Source: an uncultured Chloroflexota bacterium (lineage in GTDB: Bacteria; Chloroflexota; UBA6077; CF-72). From it: a stretch of DNA of 64,000 nucleotides. The notes beneath the pieces are model-generated. The model did no database searches. It was not told the origin of the DNA and saw nothing but the letters and a program-made list of their open reading frames with translations. The translations under genes were made by a program, and so were the position numbers. Positions 40,138 to 49,876 of the stretch are shown in pieces. Numbering within the stretch: the stretch's first letter is position 1; each line of letters begins with the position of its first letter. The stretch is taken from assembly GCA_964435115.1 (NCBI GenBank), contig CAYSYM010000005.1, positions 7,134-71,133 on the forward strand. The letters are read 5' to 3'.

Positions 40138-40590
40138 GTGCGCCAGGAGTCAACGCGGCCGCCGCTCGTCTTCCAGGTGACCATCGCGGCCCCGCCAGAA
40201 GCGGTCTTCGACACCTTCTTCGCCACGCCCCAGCGCTGGCTCTGCCGGAGCGGTGGCCTCGAGCCACGGATTGACGGGCGCGTGCGGCTGTGCTGGCCAG
40301 ATGGGTGCGTGGCCGGGCGACTGGTGCAGCACGAGCCCCCACGCACGGCCCGCTTCACCTGGCGGTGGGAAGGTGACGCGCTGCCGGAGACCATCGTCGT
40401 GGTCGGCCTGGGAGCCACCGCGCGCGGGGGCCGGGCGGCGACGCGGCTCGAGCTGGAGCACTACGGCTTCGGGGTGGGCGCGGATTGGGACCTGGTGTAC
40501 CTGGGCGCGGCGCGTGCCTGGGCGGGCTACCTGAAGAACCTGCGGGCGGTGCTCGAGACGGGGGTGGACCTGCGCGAGGACGACGAGTAG
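40138..40590 (+). CDS. SRPBCC-superfamily protein (polyketide cyclase / AHSA1-like)
   Basis: 150-aa fold-level resemblance. Low confidence on function. Confidence 0.55.
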   Translation: MRQESTRPPLVFQVTIAAPPEAVFDTFFATPQRWLCRSGGLEPRIDGRVRLCWPDGCVAGRLVQHEPPRTARFTWRWEGDALPETIVVVGLGATARGGRAATRLELEHYGFGVGADWDLVYLGAARAWAGYLKNLRAVLETGVDLREDDE

Positions 40591-40628
40591 GCGGCGGGGA
40601 CGACGGACCCGCCTGCTAGGATGGAGCC

Positions 40629-42092
40629 GTGCCCAGCGTCGCCGCACGCCTGCGCGCTCCGCGGGTCCTCAGAGTCGATCGGGCGCCATCCGTCACCACG
40701 TCGGCGACGCGCGTCTTGCTCATCGCGTCGCTGGGGTACCTGCTGGCGAGCTGGGCCATGAACCCGGTCTCGGCCATCCTGCCGACCATCTCGTCCGAGC
40801 TGGCCATCGACCCGGCGCGCACCGGGTGGGTGATGAACGCGTACTTCCTGCTCCTCGTGGGCTGGGTGCTCGTCGCCGGGCGGCTGGGCGACGCCTTCGG
40901 CCATGGCGCCGTCTTCCGCCTCGGCTGCCTCGTCTTCGCCGCGGGGTCGGTGCTGGGCGCGCTACCGGGCGGGTTCGTCGGGCTCCTCGTCGGCCGCGCG
41001 GTGCAGGGTACGGGCTCGGCCATGCTCTTCGGCACCACACTCGCCATCGTCGCCGCCGCCTTCCAGGGCCGTCGGCTCGCCTGGGCGATTGGCATCCTCA
41101 CCATGTCGTCTGGGGTGAGCGCGATCGTCGGGGTATGGGTCAGCACGGCCCTCGCGCAGCGCGTGGGCTGGCAGTGGGCGTTCGCGGTGCCGGCCGTGGT
41201 CGGCCTCCTGGTGGCCGCGTCCAGCCACGGGTTACCCTCGGTGCGGCGGACCCGTGCCAGGGACCTGGACTGGCTCGGCGCTGGGCTGCTCTTCGGGGCG
41301 CTGACCCTCCTGCTGCTCGGGCTGAACCACCTCCACGCGGGCGCGCAGACGTTCGAAGCCGGCGTGGGCTACCACCTGTCGACGCAGGGGGCGAGCCTGG
41401 TGTTCCTGGCGGGCTTCTTCTGGCGCGAGCTGCGGACGTCCACCCCGCTCATTCCACTGCGAGTGTTCGGCGACCTCCGTCTGACGACCGGCGTGCTGGC
41501 GAATGGGATCGCCCATTCCAGCATGCTGGCGACCGGCTTGCTGCTCCCCTTCCTTCTGGAGCGGGGCCGCGGCTACACGCCGAACGAGACGGCCGGGTTG
41601 CTGGTCATCATGCAGGCCAGCCTCATGGCTGGCTCGTACGGCGGAGGGTGGCTCTTCTCGCGCCGCGGCACGCCGGCCATCGGCGTTGTCTCCATCAGCG
41701 CGCTCGCAGGGGGGCTCCTGCTGCTCGGGAAGGTCGGGGCGGACCTGCCGCTGGAGGCGCTGCTCGGTGTCGTCGCCGTGCTTGGCGCCGGCCTGGGCAG
41801 CTTCACGGCCGTCAACAACACTGCGGTCATGCGGAGTGTCGCCGCCGACCAGCGCGGCTTCGCCTCCGGGCTGGTGGAAACGACCCGCCAGCTCGGCCAC
41901 TCCGTGGGGGTCAGCCTCTCCAGTGGCCTGCTCGCCGCGAGCATCGCCGCGGCGGCCGTCCCGGCCGCGGGCTACCGCACGGGCTTCTCGGACGCCGCGC
42001 TCCTGATGGGTCTGGTCTCGGCCTCCGGTGTGCTCGCCGTGCTCTACCCGACGCTTCGCGCCCGGCTGCAGCCCGGCCGCGCCGTCGGGTGA
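40629..42092 (+). CDS. MFS transporter (14-TM DHA2-like drug:H+ antiporter family)
   Basis: 487 aa with multiple TM segments and the MFS motif (…GRLGDAFGHGAVFRLG…). Confidence 0.8.
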   Translation: MPSVAARLRAPRVLRVDRAPSVTTSATRVLLIASLGYLLASWAMNPVSAILPTISSELAIDPARTGWVMNAYFLLLVGWVLVAGRLGDAFGHGAVFRLGCLVFAAGSVLGALPGGFVGLLVGRAVQGTGSAMLFGTTLAIVAAAFQGRRLAWAIGILTMSSGVSAIVGVWVSTALAQRVGWQWAFAVPAVVGLLVAASSHGLPSVRRTRARDLDWLGAGLLFGALTLLLLGLNHLHAGAQTFEAGVGYHLSTQGASLVFLAGFFWRELRTSTPLIPLRVFGDLRLTTGVLANGIAHSSMLATGLLLPFLLERGRGYTPNETAGLLVIMQASLMAGSYGGGWLFSRRGTPAIGVVSISALAGGLLLLGKVGADLPLEALLGVVAVLGAGLGSFTAVNNTAVMRSVAADQRGFASGLVETTRQLGHSVGVSLSSGLLAASIAAAAVPAAGYRTGFSDAALLMGLVSASGVLAVLYPTLRARLQPGRAVG

Positions 42093-42231
42093 CGCCCTGG
42101 AGCGCGCCATCGGGTCGGGCCAGGCCGCGCCGCACGGGTGGGGCCGGGGGCTGCAGCCGGGCGCGCCGGCGGAGGCTCAGCCGGGTGCGGCGCCGGTGCG
42201 GCCCGCCAGCGCCCACACGCCTCGCGCCGTG

Positions 42232-42681
42232 TCAGGCCGAAGGCGAGCCGGCAGGGCCCCGGAGTTGGTTGCCGCCGGAGCCGCCGTCGTGCCGCCGGGC
42301 GGCCGCCTGCTCGACCTGTGCCAGCAGGTCGGCCAGGTCGAAGGGCTTCTGGATGACCCCGTCCGCTCGGCGGGCTTCACTCCCCATCATCAGCATCGCA
42401 TAGGCGCTCACCACGATGACCGGGATGTCGCACGTCGGCTTGCTGCTCTTCAGCTCGTGGAGGACGTCGAGGCCGGACTTCTGCGGCATGGCCAGGTCGA
42501 GCAGGATGACGTCCGGGTCGTGCTCGGCTGCCTGGGCGAGACCTGTGGGGCCATCCGAGGCCTGCAGGACCGCGTAGCCTTCGCTGGCCAGGAGGTCCGC
42601 CATCAGCGAGCGAATCCACGGGTCGTCCTCCACCACCAGGACACTCTTCTGGCCCCTGTCCGCGGCGCTCATGCTGCTCAC
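42232..42681 (-). CDS. stand-alone CheY-like response-regulator receiver protein
   Basis: VLVVEDD…DVILLDLAMP…IPVIVVSA… is a receiver domain with no output domain. The start is GTG 42681 or ATG 42672. Confidence 0.75.
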   Translation of the reverse strand: MSSMSAADRGQKSVLVVEDDPWIRSLMADLLASEGYAVLQASDGPTGLAQAAEHDPDVILLDLAMPQKSGLDVLHELKSSKPTCDIPVIVVSAYAMLMMGSEARRADGVIQKPFDLADLLAQVEQAAARRHDGGSGGNQLRGPAGSPSA

Positions 42682-43109
42682 CTCTCCTCAGTCTAGGGCC
42701 ACCTGCGTGCCGGGTCTCCCACCCGCCACGCTGCCGCTGCGCGCACCACGCGCCCGGCCCCCGGTGGAGCGGGTAGCCAGTGGACTTGCACACGGCGTGC
42801 CAGGAACGCGCCGCCGGTGGGGAGCGAGGCGGGGCCGACGCGGCCGGGCTGGTGAGACGGACTTGAGACCGGCGCGCCGCTTGCGGCGTGGGCGGGCGCG
42901 CGCTATAACGAAAACGAATCACCGAGGGCGACGCGCACCCCGTGGTTTCGCCCGGAAGGGGGGTGCTAGCGAGAGCGATGCATTTCGGTTTCCGGAGGCT
43001 GCACACACTTCACTGCCGACGGCAGGTAGACGCGTAGCGCCCCAGCAGTGCCGAGGAGGCTGGGGCAGCCCAGCGATGGGCATGATAGCGGGGAAACCCA
43101 TCCTGTGGA

Positions 43110-43131
43110 GGCCGCTGGATCTCCAGCGGCC
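43110..43131. promoter_or_regulatory. perfect 22-bp palindrome GGCCGCTGGA-TC-TCCAGCGGCC in a 0.9-kb intergenic gap
   Basis: 10-bp perfect inverted arms with a 2-bp centre. It could be a protein operator or an RNA hairpin. Confidence 0.3.
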
Positions 43132-43607
43132 TCGTTCATGGCCGCGACCTGGGGAGGGACGAACCAGCGAGCGGCGGCCCCGTCCTCGAACTCCCCCGAA
43201 AGGCTCGGCATGCGAGGGATCTCTCAGCTCCGACGTGGTCGCCGCCTTCAAGCCCGGGCCAAGCGGCAGCGCTTGCGCCGCTCGCAGCCTCGCTTCGCGG
43301 GCGGACAGCTCCGCTCCGCCTTCAAGGCCGCGCCCCGGAAGCCGCGCCCCAGGCAGCCCTACCTGGCCAGCGCCGCCAACCTGGGCAAGCTGGTCTAGCA
43401 GCCCCGGCGGGGCGTGCGCCTCGCTCGGCCTTGCGTGGCGCGGGAGGACGCCCCGTCGGATCGCACACGCGTGCGGCAGGCGTCCAGGCCGGCGGGGAGA
43501 GAGCCCGCGAGCCGCGCCCCCGGTCTCACGGGTGTGACCTCGGGTCTTCTTGCGGCCGACGTGGCTGGCCGCGGGCTGCAGGGCGCCGGGGCCCGGGGAG
43601 CGGGGCG

Positions 43608-44510
43608 CTACGGCGCCGGCCGCAACCGGAGGCTCGCCATGCAGAAAGCCACGCCTATCTCGGCCGCGGGCGCCGCACCCGTGGAGCGGACCACCACGGC
43701 CCGCAGGGTCCGGGCCGTGGGGCTGCCGGGTGGCGTGAACGTGACGTCGAGGTCCGCCCCAACCGGCAGCGCGATCCCCCGCAGGCGTGCCCCGCCATCG
43801 CTGAGGTCGACGACGCGTGCCGCTAGGACCCCGCCCCGGTGGCGGCTGCGGATCGTCGCCGGCAGGTTGACCTTGTAGCGCCGCGACCGGCGGATGGCGC
43901 GCGAGCCGAGCGCCACGAGGTAGACCCGTCCCTGGCCGTACGCGGCCAGGCGCCCCGCCCGCGACGTGCGCTCGCCCGCCAGCGTCAGCCTCAGGAGCGC
44001 GCCCGCCGGCGGCGCCCGGCCGCCCGGACGGTCGCCTTCCAACAGCAGGATGTTGGAAGTCGTGTAGAGCAGCCGCGCCGTCGTCGTCTCACCGCGCTCC
44101 CACTGCACGGCCACCTCCTCGGCCAGCGGCGGAACGACGGGCGTCTCGGGCGGGGGAGCGGCGGCCGGCGGGGGTGGCGAGGCCGCGGGCCGCCGGGGTG
44201 GCGCGGCCACCGGACGGGGGGCAGCAGGGAGGCGTCGGTACCGCCGCCCTTCGTAGGCCGCGGCCCAGGCTCGAATGTCCGCTTCGGTCAGCGACCACGA
44301 TGCCTGCCGCAAGCGGGGCAGCAGCAGCTGCTGCCTGAACTCGTGGGAGCGCGCCAGATCCTCGTCGGCGTAGGGGCGCCCGAAGACGTCGGAGAGGATG
44401 GACTGCGCCAGGTCCTTCCCCGCGCCTCGCACCAGGTGGCGCCGCCCGTGCACCCGGACGAAGACCCGACTCCCCCCGTCACGCGTCGCTTCCCCAATGT
44501 AGGTTCGCAT
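43608..44510 (-). CDS. PilZ-domain protein (c-di-GMP receptor) with an uncharacterised N-terminal domain and a Pro-rich linker
   Basis: The C-terminal RRSRRYKVNLPA…VVDLSDGGARLRG carries the PilZ RxxxR and D-x-S-x-x-G motifs. Confidence 0.7.
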   Translation of the reverse strand: MRTYIGEATRDGGSRVFVRVHGRRHLVRGAGKDLAQSILSDVFGRPYADEDLARSHEFRQQLLLPRLRQASWSLTEADIRAWAAAYEGRRYRRLPAAPRPVAAPPRRPAASPPPPAAAPPPETPVVPPLAEEVAVQWERGETTTARLLYTTSNILLLEGDRPGGRAPPAGALLRLTLAGERTSRAGRLAAYGQGRVYLVALGSRAIRRSRRYKVNLPATIRSRHRGGVLAARVVDLSDGGARLRGIALPVGADLDVTFTPPGSPTARTLRAVVVRSTGAAPAAEIGVAFCMASLRLRPAP

Positions 44511-44613
44511 GGGCCGCCCGTTCCCTGTATCGGCCGGAGTGCTGGCGGTCTTGAGCCCAGCCCGCGCGGGCAGCTGCGCCCAGCCCCGCTCGGCCGCGCC
44601 GACCGAGCGGGGG

Positions 44614-47046
44614 TTAGCGCTGGGAGCCCGCTGCGGGCTGGACGCGGGCGGCCCGGCCGCCGGTGGCGCTCAGGAGGCGCCAGATCTTCTCGGCGGTGAG
44701 CGGCAGGCCGAGCGCGTCCACGTCGTCCTCGCTCAGCGCGTCGGCCACGGCGTTGACCAGCGCGGGTGGCAGGCCCACGGCCCCGCTCTCACCCACTCCC
44801 TTGGCCCCCAGCGGGTTGAGCGGGGAGGGGGTCTCCGTCTCGCCCAGGCGCAGCGGCGGGACGTCCAGCGCGTGCGGCACGCTGTAGTCGCCCAGCGAGC
44901 CGGTGAGCAGCGTCCCGTCCGCCTCGTAGACCACCTGCTCCTGGAAGACCTGCCCGAGCCCCTGGGCGAGGCCGCCCTGGACCTGGCCCTGGGCCAGCAG
45001 CGGGTTGACCAGCACGCCGCCGTCGTCCACTGCCACGAGGGTTTCGACCGCCACGCGTCCCGAATCGCGATCCACACTGACTGCAGCCACGTGCGTCCCG
45101 TGCGAGTACGCCTCCTGGCGATCGACGTCGAACCGCTCGGTGGCCTCGAGCCCGGGTGCCACGCCGGGCGGCAGATTGCCCGGCCGGTGGGCCGCGGCGG
45201 CCACCTCGGCGAACGACACGCCGCGCGTCGCGACGCCGGCCGGGCGGAACACCCCGCCCCCGTACGCGACGTCGGCCGGCTCGACCTCCAGGAGGTGGGC
45301 GGCGACCAGGCGCATCTTGGCCAGCACCGCGTCGGCCGCGAGCGCCAGCGCGCTCCCGCCGAGGGCGACGCTGCGGCTCCCGAAGGTTCCGACGCCCGGC
45401 GGTGCCACGCCGGTGTCGCCATGCACGATCGACACGGTCTCGATCGGCACCTCGAGCCGGTCGGCCAGGACTTGGGCGAAGGTGGTGGCGTGGCCCTGCC
45501 CGTGGGCCGACGACCCGCTGGCGCCGACCACCCTGCCATCGGGCTGCACCCGCACCCGGCCGCTCTCCCAGCCGGCGCCCCCGCTCGGCTCGACGAAGGT
45601 CGAGATCCCCAGGCCGTACAGCTCGCCTCGCTCGCGCGCCCGCGCTCGGCGCGCCACGAGGGCAGGGTAGTCGGCCAGCTCCAGCGCCCTGGCCAGGGTC
45701 TGCTCGTAGTTGCCCGAGTCGTAGATCAGACCGGTCGGCGTCTGCCACGGGAACGCGTGCGGCTGGACGAAGTTGCGCCGCCGGATCTCGACGCGGTCGA
45801 TGCCCAGCTCCTGGGCGGCCCGGTCCATGGTCCGCTCGATGAGGAACGCGGCTTCCGGGCGGCCGGCGCCGCGGTAGGGGCCCGTTGGCACCGTGTTGGT
45901 GAAGGCAGCCACGATCTCGCTGCGCGCCACCGGGACCCGGTAGGCGCCGCAGATGAGCCGCGCCGTCCGGGTGGGTGGGAGCGTGGTGTTGAGCTGCAGG
46001 TAGGCGCCCAGGTTGGCGTGGATCCGCACGCGGAGAGCGAGCAGGTCGCCCGCCGCGGTGAACCCGGCGTCCACCAAGTCCACCTGGTCGCGCGCCTGCA
46101 TGGTCGTCACGAACTCCTCGCTGCGCGTCGCGGTCCAGCGAACGGGCCGACCGTGCTTGAGCGACAGGTAGGCCGCCAGGACCTCCTCGCGGTAGAGGGT
46201 GCCCTTCGATCCGAACGCCCCGCCTACGTCGGGGGCGACGACGCGCACACGCTCGGGCGCCAGGCCGAACAGGGCCGCCAGCTCGTCACGCACGAAGAAC
46301 GGGCGCTGCGTGCTCAGCCAGACGTCCAGCGTGCCCGTCGTCGGGTCGTAGCTCGCCAGTACGGCCCGTGGCTCGATCGCTACCGGCGCGATGCGCGCCT
46401 GGCGCAGGCGCAGGTGCACCACGTGGTGGGCCCGACGCAGGGCTGCCTCCACCTCCTCGGGCGGGTGCCCGTAGGCGCGCGTGTAGGCCACGTTCGTCCC
46501 AAGCTGCGCGTGGACGAGCGGCGCGCCGTCCTGGACCGCCCGCTCGGCGTCGGCCACACCCGGCAGGGGCTCGTACTCCACGGCGATCAGCTCGAGCGCG
46601 TCGCGCGCCTGCCCGCGCTCCTCGGCCAGCACCGCGGCCACCTCGTCGCCGACGTACCGCACCTCGCCCACTGCCAGCGGCGGGTGGTCCGGCTTGAGGA
46701 CGTCGGGCACCACCTGGTTGAGGGTGAGCCGTGTCAGGTGGCGGGTGTCCTCGCCGCGCAGGGCGTCCACGACGCCGGGCGCGGCACGCGCCGCCGCGAG
46801 GTCGATGGACGTGAGGCAGGCGTGCGGGTAGGGACTGCGCAGGATGGCGAGCGCCAGCGTGCCGGGCAGACGAACATCGTCCACGAACGAGCCGGCGCCC
46901 GTGAGCAGGCTGCGGTCCTCGACCCGACGGCGCGGCCGACCGACCCAGCCGGCCGGCGAATGAACAGGTGCGTGGGTGGTCACACCGTCGAGCGCTGTGC
47001 GCCTCCTCTCGCTCCGTGGCTCGGCCCCCGGGTGCCCTCCTGCCAC
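44614..47046 (-). CDS. molybdopterin-binding large subunit of the xanthine dehydrogenase/CoxL family (form II, AYRGAGR-type)
   Basis: …RRVEDRSLLTGAGSFVDD…LRSPYPHA… N-terminus, and PYRGAGRPEA in the active-site loop, which is the form-II CoxL signature rather than the form-I AYRCSFR. 810 aa. The start could be a downstream GTG. Confidence 0.85.
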   Translation of the reverse strand: MAGGHPGAEPRSERRRTALDGVTTHAPVHSPAGWVGRPRRRVEDRSLLTGAGSFVDDVRLPGTLALAILRSPYPHACLTSIDLAAARAAPGVVDALRGEDTRHLTRLTLNQVVPDVLKPDHPPLAVGEVRYVGDEVAAVLAEERGQARDALELIAVEYEPLPGVADAERAVQDGAPLVHAQLGTNVAYTRAYGHPPEEVEAALRRAHHVVHLRLRQARIAPVAIEPRAVLASYDPTTGTLDVWLSTQRPFFVRDELAALFGLAPERVRVVAPDVGGAFGSKGTLYREEVLAAYLSLKHGRPVRWTATRSEEFVTTMQARDQVDLVDAGFTAAGDLLALRVRIHANLGAYLQLNTTLPPTRTARLICGAYRVPVARSEIVAAFTNTVPTGPYRGAGRPEAAFLIERTMDRAAQELGIDRVEIRRRNFVQPHAFPWQTPTGLIYDSGNYEQTLARALELADYPALVARRARARERGELYGLGISTFVEPSGGAGWESGRVRVQPDGRVVGASGSSAHGQGHATTFAQVLADRLEVPIETVSIVHGDTGVAPPGVGTFGSRSVALGGSALALAADAVLAKMRLVAAHLLEVEPADVAYGGGVFRPAGVATRGVSFAEVAAAAHRPGNLPPGVAPGLEATERFDVDRQEAYSHGTHVAAVSVDRDSGRVAVETLVAVDDGGVLVNPLLAQGQVQGGLAQGLGQVFQEQVVYEADGTLLTGSLGDYSVPHALDVPPLRLGETETPSPLNPLGAKGVGESGAVGLPPALVNAVADALSEDDVDALGLPLTAEKIWRLLSATGGRAARVQPAAGSQR

Positions 47047-47366
47047 CGGTCCACCCGCGCGCTCAGACTTGCGAGCCGGCGACCGTCTCAGGCGCCGTGG
47101 GCCGCCAGCGCAGCCGGGCCGCCTCGGCCTTGTCGAGCCGCCAGTCGGCCAGCCGCACGATGGCCGGCGTTGTGGTCCTCATGGCCATCGTGCTGCTGCT
47201 ATTCAAGGTCTGGGTGGCGAGGATGGTGCGGTAGCCGATGCCCGCGGTGGACATTACCATCTCGCCCACCTCGGCGGCCACCAGCCGCGTGCAGGTCGGG
47301 CCCGGATTGACAGGCCCACCAGGGGTGGGTTGGAATCGGGGCCACCCTACGGCCAAGGACCTCGCC

Positions 47367-48380
47367 ATGCCCGCTTCACGGCCCCCTATGACCATCGACG
47401 TCCACGCGCACGTCGTCGCGCCAGCGCTGGTTCAGGCACTGCGCCGCGACGGCGCCCGCTACGGCGTGGAGCTGGTTGGCGGCCAGCCACCGGTGGCCCT
47501 GCTCGCCGGCGGCTCGCGGACCCGGCCCATCCAGCCGGAGCTGAGCGCCGTCCAGACGCGCCTGGCGGCCATGGATCGGCAGGGCGTGGACGTCCAGGTG
47601 CTCTCCTCGTGGATCGACTTCTCCGGCTATCGAATGCCCGTCGCCGAGGGAGCGGCCTTCAGCCGCCTCCAGAACGAGACGATCGCCGAGCTGGTCCGGG
47701 AGGCGCCAGACCGGTACGTCGGCTCCGCCACGGTCCCGCTCCAGGAGCCGGCGACGGCCGTCCAGGTGCTGACCGACGCGGCGGAGCGACACGGCTTCCG
47801 GGCGGTGCAGATCTGCACCCAGGTAGGGGACCGCTGCCTGGACGAGCCAGCGTTCGAGCCCTTCTGGCAGGCGGCCGAGTCGCTCGGCGTCCTCGTGCTC
47901 GTCCACCCGTACGACGACTCACCGCCGCCGGCGCTCAAGCCGTACTTCCTGTGGAACATCGTCGGGAACCCCATGCTGACCACGGTGGCGTTGGTGCGGC
48001 TGATCTACGGCGGCGTGCTCCAGCGCCACCCCCGGCTGAAGGTGAGCTTCGCCCACGGCGGCGGGATGCTGCCGTACCAGATCGGGCGGGTGCGGCGTGG
48101 CTTCCTGCAGCGGCCCGAGACGCAGGCTGGCGGCCTGACCCTGGACCCGCTGGAGGTGCTGCGCCGCTGCTACTTCGACACCGTCCTGAACGACCCCCGG
48201 ACCATCGCTCACCTCGCCAGCCTCGTGGGAGCCGACCGGCTGCTGCTGGGCGGTGACCACCCGTTCGAGATGGGCGACCCGGACCCGGTCACCACGGTCA
48301 CACAGGCCCTCCCGGCGGCCGACCAGGCCGGCGTCCTGGGCGCCAATGCGGCCCAGGCGCTCGGCCTCGCCGGCCCGTGA
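47367..48380 (+). CDS. amidohydrolase-2 family protein (ACMSD/2-pyrone-4,6-dicarboxylate hydrolase-like)
   Basis: MTIDVHAHVV… metal-binding start. ATG 47367 with an AAGGAC RBS. The ORF-track start at 47238 is an upstream extension. Confidence 0.8.
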   Translation: MPASRPPMTIDVHAHVVAPALVQALRRDGARYGVELVGGQPPVALLAGGSRTRPIQPELSAVQTRLAAMDRQGVDVQVLSSWIDFSGYRMPVAEGAAFSRLQNETIAELVREAPDRYVGSATVPLQEPATAVQVLTDAAERHGFRAVQICTQVGDRCLDEPAFEPFWQAAESLGVLVLVHPYDDSPPPALKPYFLWNIVGNPMLTTVALVRLIYGGVLQRHPRLKVSFAHGGGMLPYQIGRVRRGFLQRPETQAGGLTLDPLEVLRRCYFDTVLNDPRTIAHLASLVGADRLLLGGDHPFEMGDPDPVTTVTQALPAADQAGVLGANAAQALGLAGP

Positions 48381-48432
48381 CGCTGCGGCCGGCGGCTCCG
48401 TCCGGCGCGGCGCACCGGGGGCCCCTGGGTCC

Positions 48433-49476
48433 CTACGCCAGGACCGGCTGCCCCACCGGCACGGTCCGGCCGGTTGCCGCGGCCTCGAGAGCGGCGAGCA
48501 CGACGGCCAGCGCCGAGATGGCCTCCGGTCCGCTCACCTCCGGGTCGCGGCCGGCCCGCGCCGCCGCCGCCCAGTCCTCCAGCTCGGCGCGGTACATGTC
48601 CACCGGCTCGAACGCCAGGGGCGTGCGCTCGGAGGAGTCCCGCGCCTGAAAGAAGAGCCGGCTGTGGGCGTCCAGGTCGGCTGAGCTCCAGTAGGCGAAG
48701 TCGGCGTCGTAGTAGACCGTGCCGCGCGAGCCGTAGACGTTGATGCTGTACACGCCGGCCGTGGACCAGCTCGTCCCGATGTACGCGGCCGGCCCGCGCT
48801 CGAACCCACACAGCAGCAGCGCCAGGTCGTCCACTTCCGCGCGGGTGTACAGCCTTCGCACCTGAGCCGAGACGCGCTCGATCGGGCCGAACAGCGACTG
48901 CAGGGTGTCGACGTGGTGGACGGCGAGCTGGATGAGCGGGCCGCCCGGACTCTTGTCGCGGAACCACCGCCAGCGGTCCGGCGTCAGCTCCAACCCGCGA
49001 TCGTTCGAGAAGTTGGCCTCGACCAGCGAGACGTCGCCGATGGTCCCGTCCGCCAGCATCCGCCGGATCGCGCGGATCGGGCCGAGCTGCCGCGCACTGT
49101 GGCCGACAGCGAGGCGGACCCCGTTGGAGCGGCACGCTTCGACGATCCGCAGCGCGTCCTCCATGGCGTTGGCGATCGGCTTCTCCACGTACACGTGCTT
49201 GCCGGCCTCGGCCGCGGCGACGATCACCTCGGCGTGGGCGTCGTTGGGGGTGGTCACCATGATCCCTTCGACCTCCTCGTCACCGAGCAGCGCCTCGAGG
49301 CTCGCCTCTGGCCGGCACGCGTAGCGCCGGGCAAAGGCTGCGCGCCGCTCCGAGTCCCGGCTGAAGCATGAGACGAGCGCCAGTTCCGGAGAGCGGTGCG
49401 CTCCATCGGCGATCACCTGCGCCCACCTCCCCAGGCCGACAGACGCGACGCGGAAGGGCGGCTCAAGCCGCTCCAT
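48433..49476 (-). CDS. Gfo/Idh/MocA-family NAD(P)-dependent oxidoreductase
   Basis: FRVASVGLGRWAQ… Rossmann N-terminus. ATG 49476 with a GAGGAGG RBS. The ORF-track start at 49671 is an upstream extension. Confidence 0.8.
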   Translation of the reverse strand: MERLEPPFRVASVGLGRWAQVIADGAHRSPELALVSCFSRDSERRAAFARRYACRPEASLEALLGDEEVEGIMVTTPNDAHAEVIVAAAEAGKHVYVEKPIANAMEDALRIVEACRSNGVRLAVGHSARQLGPIRAIRRMLADGTIGDVSLVEANFSNDRGLELTPDRWRWFRDKSPGGPLIQLAVHHVDTLQSLFGPIERVSAQVRRLYTRAEVDDLALLLCGFERGPAAYIGTSWSTAGVYSINVYGSRGTVYYDADFAYWSSADLDAHSRLFFQARDSSERTPLAFEPVDMYRAELEDWAAAARAGRDPEVSGPEAISALAVVLAALEAAATGRTVPVGQPVLA

Positions 49477-49876
49477 ACAGGACCTCCTCTGGGATGTCGA
49501 TCTCCGGGTGCTCCACCATCGACGCTGGCATGTCGGCGGTCGGAAAGAAGCAGGCGAGGCGCAGGGGCGTGTCGCCGCGGGTGAGCAGCAGGTGGGGCGT
49601 GGCTGGCGGGACCAGCACCGCGTCGCCAGGCCGCACCTCGGCCGTCTCGCCGTCGATCCAGGCCAGCCCATGGCCGCTCAGGACGTAGATGCACTCCTCC
49701 ACGTCACGGTGTTCGTGGGGCGACCGCCGCGCTGGCGGGCCGAGGCGCGGGATCTCGACGATCCGCAGGGTCACACGTTCGGCAGCGCCCACGGCGCCCG
49801 AGAACAGCTCCACCATCTGCCGACCTGGCAGCGCCTGGACGGGCGCGTCGGCCACGTTGCGGACGCGGATCGCCAC
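49463..49876 (-). CDS. cupin-domain protein
   Basis: …HEHRDVEECIYVLSGHGLAWIDGETAEVRPGDAVLVPPATPH is a cupin two-motif fold. The GTG start is adjacent to the creatininase stop. Confidence 0.7.
   Translation of the reverse strand: MAIRVRNVADAPVQALPGRQMVELFSGAVGAAERVTLRIVEIPRLGPPARRSPHEHRDVEECIYVLSGHGLAWIDGETAEVRPGDAVLVPPATPHLLLTRGDTPLRLACFFPTADMPASMVEHPEIDIPEEVLYGAA

Noticed and set aside
42900-43400. Possible tmRNA, RNase P RNA or SRP RNA in the 0.9-kb gap
   Set aside because: I looked for the tmRNA GGGG…TCGAC 5' end and the …CTCCACCA 3' end, an ALAA-ending tag frame, the RNase P GGAAAGTCCGG P4 motif and the SRP GGTCAGGTCCGGAAGGAAGCAGC motif. None is present. Only a generic CCCGGAAGGG tetraloop hairpin was seen.
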